Below are positions 1-8,824 of a stretch of DNA of 64,000 nucleotides, piece by piece. Source of the DNA: an uncultured Clostridia bacterium. GTDB lineage: Bacteria > Bacillota > Clostridia > Christensenellales > UBA1242. The notes under the pieces were generated by a model that searched no databases, had not been told where the DNA came from, and saw only the letters and a list, made by a program, of their open reading frames with translations. The translations under genes were made by a program, and so were the position numbers. The first letter of the stretch is position 1. Each line of letters starts with the position of its first letter. The stretch is from positions 46,716 through 110,715 of the forward strand of contig CAOJSF010000003.1 of assembly GCA_948442695.1 (NCBI GenBank), read 5' to 3'.

Positions 1-576
1 ACCAACAAAGAAAAATGTGAGCAAACTGCAAAAGAACTAAAATGCGAATACTTTGTTTGTGATGTTTCAAAATTTGAACAAGTTGAAAATATGATAAAAA
101 ATGCGGGTGACATTGATGTGCTTATCAACAACGCAGGACTATGGATTCAAGAAGAACTTGATTTTAATGATTTTAACAAAATTCAAAAGGTCATTGAAGT
201 AAACCTGCTAGGCGTCATAAATTGCACAAAAGCCGTCCTCCCTACAATGAAAAAAGCAAGAAACGGGAATATAATAAATATCAACTCACAAGCAGGAATA
301 AACTACAAAAAAGAAAGAGTAGTTTATAATGCAAGCAAATGGGGTGTCACTGGTTTCTCAAAATCACTAGAAGATGAAGTGAAAAAATATGGAATAAAAG
401 TGACAAACATTATGCCGGGCAAAATGAAAACCGATATGTTTAAAAAAATGAATATAGAAAAATCAATGGATGACGGACTTGACACAAAAGAGGTCGCAAA
501 ACTAATTAAGTTTATTTTAGACCTGCCAAAAGATGTGAATATACCAGAAGTAGGAATTAAAAACATCTTCAATTAA
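1..576 (+). CDS. short-chain dehydrogenase/reductase (SDR), 5' end outside window
   Basis: Frame 1 is open from base 1, with no stop upstream of the tracked ATG at 91. It has an NNAG motif (LINNAGLW) and a catalytic YxxxK (YNASKWG). The stop is TAA. Confidence 0.85.
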   Translation, partial: TNKEKCEQTAKELKCEYFVCDVSKFEQVENMIKNAGDIDVLINNAGLWIQEELDFNDFNKIQKVIEVNLLGVINCTKAVLPTMKKARNGNIININSQAGINYKKERVVYNASKWGVTGFSKSLEDEVKKYGIKVTNIMPGKMKTDMFKKMNIEKSMDDGLDTKEVAKLIKFILDLPKDVNIPEVGIKNIFN

Positions 577-901
577 ATTCAAATTTACTTTTATATCAAA
601 TTTACTTTTATAATGATTTTATTCTCATTAACCAAAGTCTTTTATTTGCAAAAATTAATTTGATGGTGTTTAAATAAAAAATGGCATAATTTAGATAATT
701 TTGTTGAAATTTGCCACAACTTATCAAATTATAACGGTATTTTAGGAAAATTGAGAAAATTTATATAAAAAAGCAGAATAAACTCGAAAAAAGTAAAATT
801 AAATAATTGTTGTTTCTAAAATCTTGCAAGCAAAAATAAAACAAATTGTTCCTAAATTGTGTCTAAAAAATTAGTTTTAATAATATTAGTTACTAATAAT
901 T

Positions 902-1312
902 TTAATTATTTTTTTCTGAAACAACTTTTGTTAATGCATCTTGTAAAGTTTGTGAAAAATTTATATGCAAACTTTCGGCTTTATCATTTAACACTTTTGA
1001 TATATAAACTGTTTTTTTTATTGACTTGACCAAAGATTTTTTGTATTCATCATAGTTTAAATCTATTAAACTAACAAAATCAGATTTATTTTCTATTTTT
1101 ATCTCTGAAATATCAGATGCTTTTGGCATTTCTTTTTTTTCATATTCTATGAAATCAACCGCTAAATTGCCTATTAAATCTTTTGCCATATAAATTGCCT
1201 CTTGCAAATTTTCTCCACAAGTTGAATTATTTAAATCAGGAATAAAAACACTATACCCACCTTTCTCTTCTTTTCTAAAAATTGCTGGATAAATTAAAAT
1301 ATTATTTTTCAT
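902..1312 (-). CDS. HicB-family antitoxin-like protein
   Basis: The N-terminus YPAIFRKEEKGGYSVFIPDL..GENLQEAIYMAKDL matches the HicB/UPF0150 signature. The C-terminal TVYISKVLNDKAESLHINFSQTLQDAL resembles a ribbon-helix-helix tail. Confidence 0.6.
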   Translation of the reverse strand: MKNNILIYPAIFRKEEKGGYSVFIPDLNNSTCGENLQEAIYMAKDLIGNLAVDFIEYEKKEMPKASDISEIKIENKSDFVSLIDLNYDEYKKSLVKSIKKTVYISKVLNDKAESLHINFSQTLQDALTKVVSEKNN

Positions 1313-1340
1313 TTTCCCACCTTTTATTTTAAGTTAGGGA

Positions 1341-1483
1341 CTAAAATAAGCCCTGTCTTTTCAATTAATGATTTATGTTCTTGTCAATATATCCTTATTA
1401 CAAAACGGCACTAAAATTAAATTCTATTTATTCTCTTTTAAACATGTTATTCGAATCAACTTATCTATCCTCTTGTCAGCCAT
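1341..1483 (-). pseudogene. possible decayed hicA toxin remnant
   Basis: An ATG at 1483 gives MADKRIDKLIRITCLKENK, then TAG. Later frames read LVPFCNKDILTRT(TAA) and LKRQGLF, which resemble the HicA C-terminus (VP.H..KDL..GTL..ILKQAGL). The sequence is broken by stops and frame changes, and the central GSH segment is missing. Confidence 0.3.
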
Positions 1484-1756
1484 TTTCAAGAAGAACCTTT
1501 TTTAACTACATTAAGTTTTATTTTAAATAATAAAATACTCTGGTGATGTAAACTGCCTTATTTTCCTAGGTTTTACGGCATTTTAAATGAGTTAAAATTA
1601 AAATTTATAAAACTTTTATAAAAAACTTTATAAAAATGCTACAAAAATTATTAATTAAGAAACAAGTTATCTTTATGGTTGGTTTATTTTTAGATAGAAT
1701 AAGTGGACAAAGTTGCAAAATCTTTGCCCACTTATATTTTTTTATTTTTTACTTTA

Positions 1757-3190
1757 TTAGCAATATAATAGTTGATTTATTAAATTGCTTGCATTTTTAT
1801 CGGCTTCTTTTGTGTAGTGTGTGTAAATATTTAATGTTGTATTTGTATCACTATGTCCAGCTCTTGCTGATACTGTTTTTATATCCATACCACGAGTAAG
1901 TTGCATGGTAATATTTGTGTGCCTTAGCCCATGCGGAGTAATTTCTTTCAGTCCATTTTTTTGTTCAAACTGTTTTAACCATCTAAAAGTTGTTGCTCCT
2001 GCCATATTTGAGCCATCCCATCTTACAAATAGTCTATCGGTATTTGCCCATAAGTTGGCATATTTTATTTTTTCACTATCCCAAAATTTTTTGTAATCTT
2101 TTAATAATGTTACAACTCCACTTGGAATGCTAATTGTTCTGTTAGAATTTTTTGTTTTTGTATTTTTAGTTACAACCCCTATGCCACAAGCATATATACT
2201 ATTTCTTGAAATCGTTACTAGTTCTTTTTCAAAATCAAAGTCTTTCCATTCTAAACCTACCAACTCTGCGTTGCGAACACCCAAAGCAATCATTAAAGTA
2301 AATGCAACTTTTTTTCTAATATCTGTTTCATTGTTTATGCAATCTACAAAATGTTTTATAGTTTCTGTGTCATCTAATATTTCTTTTTTACCAGAAGAAC
2401 CTTTTTTAATAGGACGAATAAAATCACTAGAAGCATAATTAACACTAATTATACCTTGCCTTACTGCATCTCTAAGTATCGTATGTAGCATTATTTTAAT
2501 TGCATTATTTGAGCCTCTTGAATATGGAACTTGCTCGCTTTCGGCTTTAAAATAATCTTCAAAATTTATTTTTAAACCTCTACATATTTTTTTAGCCGTT
2601 TCCCTTTTTAATTTATTACCAACTTTATAAGCGACTTCTATGGTAGTATCAGCCAATTCACATAATTTTGCACAAGATTGAGTAGTTAGGTTTTTTGCAG
2701 TAACCAAATCTCTTATGCTTTGCTTCACGGTTATAGTTTCTTTTTTATGAGTTCGTTCGCATAGCCAATTGCAAAAGTCTTGTATTATAATTTGATTTAA
2801 ACCCCTTAAAGTGTATTTGCCTAATTTATCTTTAAAAATTTTTAAATAGCCTTTGCAACTATTATAATAAGAATAGCCTTGTTCGTGGTATATTAAAATA
2901 TCTTCTACCCACTTTTCAGCAAATTCATAAAATCCTATGTCTTCCATAGGCTTGTTTAAAATTCCATTTGAAAGCCTTTCAGTTTGTTCTTTTAAGTCTA
3001 ATTGACATTTTAGTTTATACGATTCAATTTCTTTTTTGCCCTTTAAGTGATTAGGTACTTTATATGTTTTAACTTTTTGTTTAAATTTTTTTGTTAAAGG
3101 GTCTTTATAGTTGCACCAAAATACAAATGAAAGTTCGCCTTTTTGATTATATCGTTCTTCTGTGTGCATTAAATCATTTTTATTCTTCAT
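1757..3190 (-). CDS. tyrosine recombinase / phage-type integrase
   Basis: C-terminal catalytic residues are present: HGLRHTNITMQL and ARAGHSDTNTTLNIYTHY. The track start at 3214 is a GTG. An ATG at 3190 with GAGG 6 nt upstream is the more likely start, and it overlaps the stop of the upstream xis-like ORF. All Trp codons are TGG. Confidence 0.9.
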   Translation of the reverse strand: MKNKNDLMHTEERYNQKGELSFVFWCNYKDPLTKKFKQKVKTYKVPNHLKGKKEIESYKLKCQLDLKEQTERLSNGILNKPMEDIGFYEFAEKWVEDILIYHEQGYSYYNSCKGYLKIFKDKLGKYTLRGLNQIIIQDFCNWLCERTHKKETITVKQSIRDLVTAKNLTTQSCAKLCELADTTIEVAYKVGNKLKRETAKKICRGLKINFEDYFKAESEQVPYSRGSNNAIKIMLHTILRDAVRQGIISVNYASSDFIRPIKKGSSGKKEILDDTETIKHFVDCINNETDIRKKVAFTLMIALGVRNAELVGLEWKDFDFEKELVTISRNSIYACGIGVVTKNTKTKNSNRTISIPSGVVTLLKDYKKFWDSEKIKYANLWANTDRLFVRWDGSNMAGATTFRWLKQFEQKNGLKEITPHGLRHTNITMQLTRGMDIKTVSARAGHSDTNTTLNIYTHYTKEADKNASNLINQLLYC

Positions 3191-3401
3191 CTGGTACCTC
3201 AATAATTTTTCCACCTAAAAATATTATAAGTGAATTGACATCAACTAAAATTTTGCTTGAATTAATTATGCAATCTATTTTTCCACTTTTGCATAATTGT
3301 CTAATAAATCACTCGCTTACTGCGGTATTTTTGTCAAGCGACCTTAATTCATCCATACAACCTTTTATGGTTTTTAATTCTGGCATAATTTTTTTAAACA
3401 T
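3180..3401 (-). CDS. excisionase-like small DNA-binding protein; needs TGA=Trp at codon 31, otherwise a truncated pseudogene
   Basis: An RBS (AAAGGAG) lies upstream of an ATG at 3401. Translation: MFKKIMPELKTIKGCMDELRSLDKNTAVSE[TGA]FIRQLCKSGKIDCIINSSKILVDVNSLIIFLGGKIIEVPDEE. The TAA stop overlaps the integrase ATG. The in-frame TGA is at 3309-3311, and the frame stays open after it. Confidence 0.5.
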
Positions 3402-3521
3402 ATTTTTTGCTCCTTTTTTTTATATTAATTTCATTTTTTAAAAAGTTCAAGGGTTTTGAAAGGTGTTTTTCAAGTTGTTTTAAGTTTGCCAAGTTTTTTT
3501 AGTAAAAGTATTATAAATGCC

Positions 3522-3578
3522 TTGCTTTAAGCTTGATTTTTGTTTATAATATTTTATAAATCATATTTAAATATGATT
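3522..3578 (+). promoter_or_regulatory. promoter (TTGCTT-17 nt-TATAAT) followed by a perfect 20-bp palindrome, a candidate operator
   Basis: The -35 TTGCTT is at 3522-3527 and the -10 TATAAT at 3545-3550. The palindrome AATCATATTTAAATATGATT is at 3559-3578, upstream of the 3642 gene and divergent from xis/int. Confidence 0.5.
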
Positions 3579-3641
3579 GCTAATTATATTTTTGATTACT
3601 ATATATATAATCATTCTAGACTTTTTTGCGGGAGGTAAACC

Positions 3642-4622
3642 ATGGATAATTTATCTAATACTTTTAAAACTAATTTGCAAAAACTTTTGGCTGATAATAA
3701 GATATACATTAACAAGAAAAACCTTTCTTCTTCTATCGGCTATAAAACTGCAAACTCTATAACAAAAGACTTAAATGGAAGCAAAGAGCCTTTTTGGCAA
3801 AAGGCTTGTAAGTGCATTGAATACCTTTATTCTAATGTGCCTTGCTTTACTTTAAACGACCTTATTCCAACCATGGACGAAAAGCAAGAAGATAAAAAAA
3901 GTTTTGCAGAACTTGAAAAGGACTACAAAACCTTAAAATCTAATTATGAGCAACTTGAAAAGAAATATAATAATCTTTACCAGTTTGCCAACTTTATTAA
4001 CATAATTAAAAACCTTTCAAACGAAAGGCAGGATACTTTATTTAATTTAATGTCAGCCGAATGCTTTGCTGACTTTTTAACCAAACTAAGAGATTATTCA
4101 CATAGAGCATTAATATTTGATAAGAATAATAAAAAATCTCATTATTCAAACACTTTTATATTTAAACCTTACAACTATAATACTTTTGCTTATGCTGATG
4201 CTTTATGCCAGCAAACAATACTTGCTTTAAGGCTTAAATATAGATTAAAAAACCAAGACGAATATGATAGAACAGAAGAAGAAAAAAAACAAAAACGTAT
4301 TGAAGAAAAGATAAACGAAATTAAAATTACAGGGAAAAGAAGAACTGTTAAAATGCGAATTAAAAATTTACTTGAAGAAACTAGTAATGCTGACAATAAA
4401 AAGGAATTTAGAAAAGATAGATTTAATGACCTAACTCGTTGGAAATTTAACCCTTTGGACTTTAAAGATAATACTCTTTGGAACTATGATTTTATCGATT
4501 ATAAAACCCTTTATAAAAAACAATTAGCAGAATTTATCGAAGAAGAATTTGGTAAAGAGTACTCACAAAAATATTTAAAAAAATCGATGAAAGATGAAAA
4601 CGACGATATATTTAAAACTTAA
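3642..4622 (+). CDS. hypothetical protein, possible N-terminal HTH, K/E-rich coiled-coil centre
   Basis: This is a 326-aa ORF with RBS GGGAGG upstream. It is transcribed divergently from xis/int. I recognise no family. Confidence 0.5.
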   Translation: MDNLSNTFKTNLQKLLADNKIYINKKNLSSSIGYKTANSITKDLNGSKEPFWQKACKCIEYLYSNVPCFTLNDLIPTMDEKQEDKKSFAELEKDYKTLKSNYEQLEKKYNNLYQFANFINIIKNLSNERQDTLFNLMSAECFADFLTKLRDYSHRALIFDKNNKKSHYSNTFIFKPYNYNTFAYADALCQQTILALRLKYRLKNQDEYDRTEEEKKQKRIEEKINEIKITGKRRTVKMRIKNLLEETSNADNKKEFRKDRFNDLTRWKFNPLDFKDNTLWNYDFIDYKTLYKKQLAEFIEEEFGKEYSQKYLKKSMKDENDDIFKT

Positions 4623-4696
4623 ATTACAATGCGTCTATGAGCTTGTTAAATGCGTCTACAATCAATCGCAACATTTAACTTAATAAAATATATTGC

Positions 4697-4867
4697 TTAC
4701 TGCATTTCGTCCGTTAAACTTTCAGTTTTTATAATCTTTAAAATTTCTTTCAACCCTTTCAAATCAAATGTTTGAATTGAAATTTCTAAAAATGTTTTTA
4801 AATCTTTCTCTAAAAGGCTTAATAAAATCTCTATTAAGTCTTTTTCAAATTCTTGTTCAACTTTCAT
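4697..4867 (-). CDS. small hypothetical protein (56 aa)
   Basis: It falls below the track's size cutoff. Translation: MKVEQEFEKDLIEILLSLLEKDLKTFLEISIQTFDLKGLKEILKIIKTESLTDEMQ. It continues the minus-strand gene string. Confidence 0.35.
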   Translation of the reverse strand: MKVEQEFEKDLIEILLSLLEKDLKTFLEISIQTFDLKGLKEILKIIKTESLTDEMQ

Positions 4868-4890
4868 TTTGCTTACTCCTTTTAAATTAA

Positions 4891-5235
4891 TTAGTCGGCT
4901 ATTAATTCAAAATATGGAAAGCCTTTTGTAAACTTTTTATTTGCTATTTGTAAATCTTTTTTCAACTTACATACTTTTAACCACTTGCAAGGCTTAATTA
5001 AATTTAGTTGTTTTATAAACACAAAATCGTTATTAAGAGAAAGATTAAAGTAATTAGTAAGTTCTTTTGCAGTTTGCTCGGCATCATAATCACTCATACC
5101 AGCACGAATAACGATTAAGTTATTATCAAAATGTCCTTTATTAACTTTATTATTTTTTATAATCTCGTCTATTTGTGCTTTTGTTAAAGCACTCTTTTTT
5201 ATTATTATGTCAATAAAGCCGTAACCAAATACCAT
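4891..5235 (-). CDS. hypothetical protein
   Basis: A 114-aa ORF packed tightly, 13 nt downstream of the preceding gene. Confidence 0.5.
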   Translation of the reverse strand: MVFGYGFIDIIIKKSALTKAQIDEIIKNNKVNKGHFDNNLIVIRAGMSDYDAEQTAKELTNYFNLSLNNDFVFIKQLNLIKPCKWLKVCKLKKDLQIANKKFTKGFPYFELIAD

Positions 5236-5247
5236 TTTGTTTGCTCC

Positions 5248-5733
5248 TTATATAAACTCAACTTTATCACAAGACAAATTTGTCAGCCTAATTTTATTAT
5301 TTATATCAAGCAGTTGCGTTTTTATATTTTTGCAATGAATTTTTTGCGTGTAAACCTCTTTACAATTAATAGAAGATAGGCAGGTAATTCGTTCACACTT
5401 TAAAAACTTACCGCTTATATTTTTATGTATTAATATGCTATCGCACACACACCAATCTTTTATAATCAAATCGTCAGCAAATATTTTATTGCAAGTAAAA
5501 GAATAGTTAAAAGTAATCGTTTTTGCCTTTACATACACGCAACATTCATAGTCTTTTTTGCTTACTTTTTGGCACTCATAAACTAAGTCAACAGCACAAT
5601 TAAATAAAACATCGACTTTCTCGCCATTTTCTATAAACTTAAATATAATTTGTTTATGCTTTCCGTCATACTTATCTGCGGGAACTATTTCAAGATACTT
5701 TTCTAATTCTTCTATTTTATTTATCGTTATCAT
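5248..5733 (-). CDS. hypothetical Cys-rich protein
   Basis: A 161-aa ORF with many Cys residues and an RBS-like AAGGAG upstream. Confidence 0.5.
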   Translation of the reverse strand: MITINKIEELEKYLEIVPADKYDGKHKQIIFKFIENGEKVDVLFNCAVDLVYECQKVSKKDYECCVYVKAKTITFNYSFTCNKIFADDLIIKDWCVCDSILIHKNISGKFLKCERITCLSSINCKEVYTQKIHCKNIKTQLLDINNKIRLTNLSCDKVEFI

Positions 5734-5796
5734 TTTAACTCCTTATTTAAAGCGGATTTTTTTATTTTTAAGGGGAAGTTTGTGATATTATTAATA

Positions 5797-6303
5797 TCAA
5801 GTAGGGCAGTTCTTATCAAGCCAATCAAACCAATATTTATCTAATATGTGTGGTGCAAAATCTTTGTACAACTCGCTTAAAAAATTAATAGCCAACTTTT
5901 CAATTATAAATTTTCTTGCAGTGTTTGAAAGCAATATATTAATATTTTCTTGCCTTTGTTTTTTTGAAATGTTTTCTATATCTAAATTTAGTTTAAAAGT
6001 ATCGTTAACTATTTTCATAAATCTATCGTCTTCAACCAGTTCTTCAAAAATCATATTTGAAAGTGATTTTGATATACTTTCATACTTGCTATACAAAAAT
6101 ATTTGTAAGCCAAATTTTTTAAACTTTTCAGCTGAAATAACTTTATAGCCATTATCCAACTTTTCAACTGCACCATATTTTATTAAATCTTCCATGGTAG
6201 ATTTAGCCTTTGGAAAACTCCACTTAAAAAGCCTTTGTAATGTTGCAATGTTAAAATCTTTGCTTTTTACAAGTCCCATAAATTTATTAAAATTACTTTC
6301 CAT
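5797..6303 (-). CDS. hypothetical protein with possible FtsK-gamma-like winged helix at the N-terminus
   Basis: NIATLQRLFKWSFPKAKSTMEDLIKYGAVEK resembles the S.s.lQR...y.rA....d.Le..G pattern. The stop is TGA, followed by TAT TAA TAA. Confidence 0.45.
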   Translation of the reverse strand: MESNFNKFMGLVKSKDFNIATLQRLFKWSFPKAKSTMEDLIKYGAVEKLDNGYKVISAEKFKKFGLQIFLYSKYESISKSLSNMIFEELVEDDRFMKIVNDTFKLNLDIENISKKQRQENINILLSNTARKFIIEKLAINFLSELYKDFAPHILDKYWFDWLDKNCPT

Positions 6304-6472
6304 ATAAACTCCTTTGTATCGGTTAGTACAAGCCGTTTAAATGCGTCTTACACCGTTCTTAATATTGTGTTTATATATTTTATTGCTTTTACATTTTGTG
6401 CTTTTAAACGCTAAGTTTTAATATCTAGTATTTTGTTTTTTTAAAGTAAAAGACAGCAAAAAACTTTGCTGT

Positions 6473-7354
6473 CTACATTTGGTTGTATGACATATATATT
6501 TCTATTGCATTTCGTTTTTTCTTTTTTGACGAAATAATCATACTAATACCTACAAAAAGAAAGATAAAAGTTAAAACTATACTACATATAACAACTGGTA
6601 TGTTTATACCAATATTTTGACTAGTGATATCTACGCCATTTATCAATACTACTGGTAAATTACTAAGAGAAAATAAAGTGCCAACAAAACCATAAATTCC
6701 TAATAACATAATAATTAAACCAAACCAAAATAATACTCTACTATTTTTTATTAGTGAGTTGATTTTTAATAAAACTTGTTTTCTGCAAAAATCAATAAAA
6801 TTTTCTTCTTGGTCCAGTCTCGAATAAATATATTTTTGAATTGAATTTATTTCATCAGCTGATTTTTTATCATTTATAAAATCGCATAGGTCTAAATTTT
6901 CTTCTAGTTCTATTAGGTCTAATTTTTTATTTTCTTTAATACACTTGAAACATTTCAATAATAAAGTTAATTGATTTTTTATAACAACTGATAAAACAAA
7001 CATAATCAACCCCAAAACACACAAAACTGAGGAAGAGAAACCTATTATCATTGAAATAGTGCCAGTATTAAAGAAAAAAAATGTTAAAAACATACCCCAA
7101 AGCCCAACAAGTCCTAAATATGAAAGTCGTTTTAAGATATTAATTTTGTTTTGCTTTTCGGTTATTTTAACAAAAAATTCACTTTTGCAATCTTCTTTAA
7201 ATGCTTTTTCTATTTCTTCGGTTATCTCTGCGTTTGAGTTAATATTATTATGTTGCATAAAAGCATATTTTAAAGTAGTATTTACTTCTTCAAAACCTAT
7301 TTTATCATTTATGTATTGACCTAATTGATAATAGTCAATTTTAATTTTTGCCAT
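6473..7354 (-). CDS. membrane protein with two pairs of transmembrane helices
   Basis: A 293-aa ORF. One hydrophobic pair is at about aa 78-125 and another at about aa 198-275, separated by soluble segments. It starts 2 nt after the stop of the upstream small ORF. Confidence 0.6.
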   Translation of the reverse strand: MAKIKIDYYQLGQYINDKIGFEEVNTTLKYAFMQHNNINSNAEITEEIEKAFKEDCKSEFFVKITEKQNKINILKRLSYLGLVGLWGMFLTFFFFNTGTISMIIGFSSSVLCVLGLIMFVLSVVIKNQLTLLLKCFKCIKENKKLDLIELEENLDLCDFINDKKSADEINSIQKYIYSRLDQEENFIDFCRKQVLLKINSLIKNSRVLFWFGLIIMLLGIYGFVGTLFSLSNLPVVLINGVDITSQNIGINIPVVICSIVLTFIFLFVGISMIISSKKKKRNAIEIYMSYNQM

Positions 7355-7356
7355 AT

Positions 7357-7542
7357 CTATCTTACCATTCTAGTATTTATTACAGAGCCTCTTTCGTTAT
7401 AGGTGTACATTGTTGTTCCCTTTTTTACAGTTACGGTAGTACTAGTATAGCCATGCAATTCTCCCATTACGGTAAAAATTGTACTGTTTTTTTCGTTATA
7501 AACATATACCGTTGAACCTTTTTGAATAGCAGTTATTATCAT
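7357..7542 (-). CDS. small beta-rich protein with an internal duplication
   Basis: The true start is probably the ATG at 7542, preceded by AAGGAGG. There is a repeated motif: KGSTVYVYNEKNSTIF and KKGTTMYTYNERGSVI. It is translationally coupled to the 6473..7354 gene. Confidence 0.5.
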   Translation of the reverse strand: MIITAIQKGSTVYVYNEKNSTIFTVMGELHGYTSTTVTVKKGTTMYTYNERGSVINTRMVR

Positions 7543-7589
7543 ATTTACCTCCTTATGATACAACCTTATTATATATATTTCTCAATAAA

Positions 7590-7645
7590 AAGTCAAATAT
7601 ATTTACTATAAGTCAATAAAATATTTAATTTAAAGTCGAAATGGA
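7590..7645. promoter_or_regulatory. three AAGTC(A/G)A direct repeats in the divergent intergenic region, candidate operator sites
   Basis: AAGTCAAATATATTT starts at 7590, AAGTCAATAAAATATTT at 7610 and AAGTCGAAATGG at 7633. They lie between the XRE gene and the 7542 operon. Confidence 0.35.
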
Positions 7646-7712
7646 ACAATCTTCTAAATTAGACAGACCTCAAAATCATTTATAATTAATTGTAGTAAAA
7701 GGAGGTTAGGCT

Positions 7713-8021
7713 ATGGACAATAATGAACTTATAAACCGAATAGGCTTTATTAGAAATCGTGCAAATTTGTCGGCAAGAAAACTATCAATGGAAATAGGTA
7801 AAAATGAGTGCTATATTCATAGACTTGAAACAAGCAAAACATTTGCTCCAACCTTTGAAACCTTAATGGATATTTTAGAGGCTTGTAATACTACCACCGA
7901 AGAATTTTTTTATTATAATATTTCAGCTTATAAACAAGATGAGGAAATATTAAAACTTTTAGAAACTGCCAGCCCAGAAAAGAAAACTGCAATCATTTCA
8001 TTATTAAAATTAAAACAATAA
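7713..8021 (+). CDS. XRE/Cro-CI family helix-turn-helix regulator
   Basis: IRNRANLSARKLSMEIGKNECYIHRLETSK is a typical HTH_3 pattern. A strong RBS (AAGGAGG) is present. Confidence 0.8.
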   Translation: MDNNELINRIGFIRNRANLSARKLSMEIGKNECYIHRLETSKTFAPTFETLMDILEACNTTTEEFFYYNISAYKQDEEILKLLETASPEKKTAIISLLKLKQ

Positions 8022-8058
8022 AAAAGAAGGCTTGATACTTTTCAGCCCTCTTTTATTT

Positions 8059-8634
8059 TTAATATTTCTTTGTGAAATAATCTTTACCTGCTTGCCATAA
8101 ATAAATATCTAGTTGTCTTAAAGTGAAGTCGTTTAACTTATAAAATTCTCTAAATGCGTTTAAAATAGAATAGAACTTTTTGTAATCTCTACAATCTTCA
8201 TAAGAGAATTTAAAAAACTTATCTTGCTTATTTAAGTGCATTAGCATTTTTGCCACATAACTATCAAATATAGGAAATTCATTGCCAAGATGATGAACAC
8301 AATATTTGGTTGCAAAAGAGTATATATTCCTATTTATGCCGTTTTTTGTTTTGTCAGCAATATCATTTACAACAGACAAATCTTTTGCTTTTAATTTTTT
8401 ATCTATGTTTAGCGAAACAATATACTCGGCTACCTTATATGTATTAAATATATTTGTGCTATAAAAGTCATTGAGTATATTAACCTTTAATAAAACTTCG
8501 CTAATATCATTATTGTTAGGGTAAAGGGCAAACAACTTTTTTAATGCCTTTTCTTGTTCTACATAGTTTGATTGCGTATCGCAAAGCATTAAATACTTTT
8601 CAACTTCTGCTTTGCATGGCTTTTTTATCTCCAT
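8059..8634 (-). CDS. hypothetical protein
   Basis: A 191-aa ORF. I recognise no family. Confidence 0.5.
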   Translation of the reverse strand: MEIKKPCKAEVEKYLMLCDTQSNYVEQEKALKKLFALYPNNNDISEVLLKVNILNDFYSTNIFNTYKVAEYIVSLNIDKKLKAKDLSVVNDIADKTKNGINRNIYSFATKYCVHHLGNEFPIFDSYVAKMLMHLNKQDKFFKFSYEDCRDYKKFYSILNAFREFYKLNDFTLRQLDIYLWQAGKDYFTKKY

Positions 8635-8720
8635 ATATACTCCTTTTATCTATTCAATCATAACATACAACTACATATTTTGTCAAACAAAACGAATAAG
8701 TGTTTACTATAAATAGATAA

Positions 8721-8756
8721 AAAATAAAAGTAAGTTGTTATACCTACTTTTATTTT
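8721..8756 (-). terminator. 12-bp perfect inverted repeat downstream of the Rep-like gene
   Basis: AAAATAAAAGTA at 8721-8732 pairs with TACTTTTATTTT at 8745-8756. The loop is 12 nt. Confidence 0.5.
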
Positions 8757-8824
8757 GAGTTATTTTATGGCTAACTACATTAATTTTAGCCGAGATTATT
8801 TGTGTTTTAACAATATAATCATAT

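Noticed and set aside
577-1756. att direct repeat matching the tRNA-Val 3' end
   Set aside because: I found no convincing copy of the tRNA 3' segment at the int-proximal end. The tRNA keeps its own terminator hairpin, so integration may be beside the tRNA rather than within it. Short AT-rich similarities (for example AGAAAATTTATATAA versus AGAAATTTTATATAA) are not distinguishable from chance by eye.
1636-3441. Plus-strand ORFs (1636..1899, 1905..2096, 2127..2438, 3091..3441) opposite int/xis
   Set aside because: They are antisense to the integrase, whose catalytic motifs are clear. They are hydrophobic, low-complexity translations of AT-rich antisense sequence.
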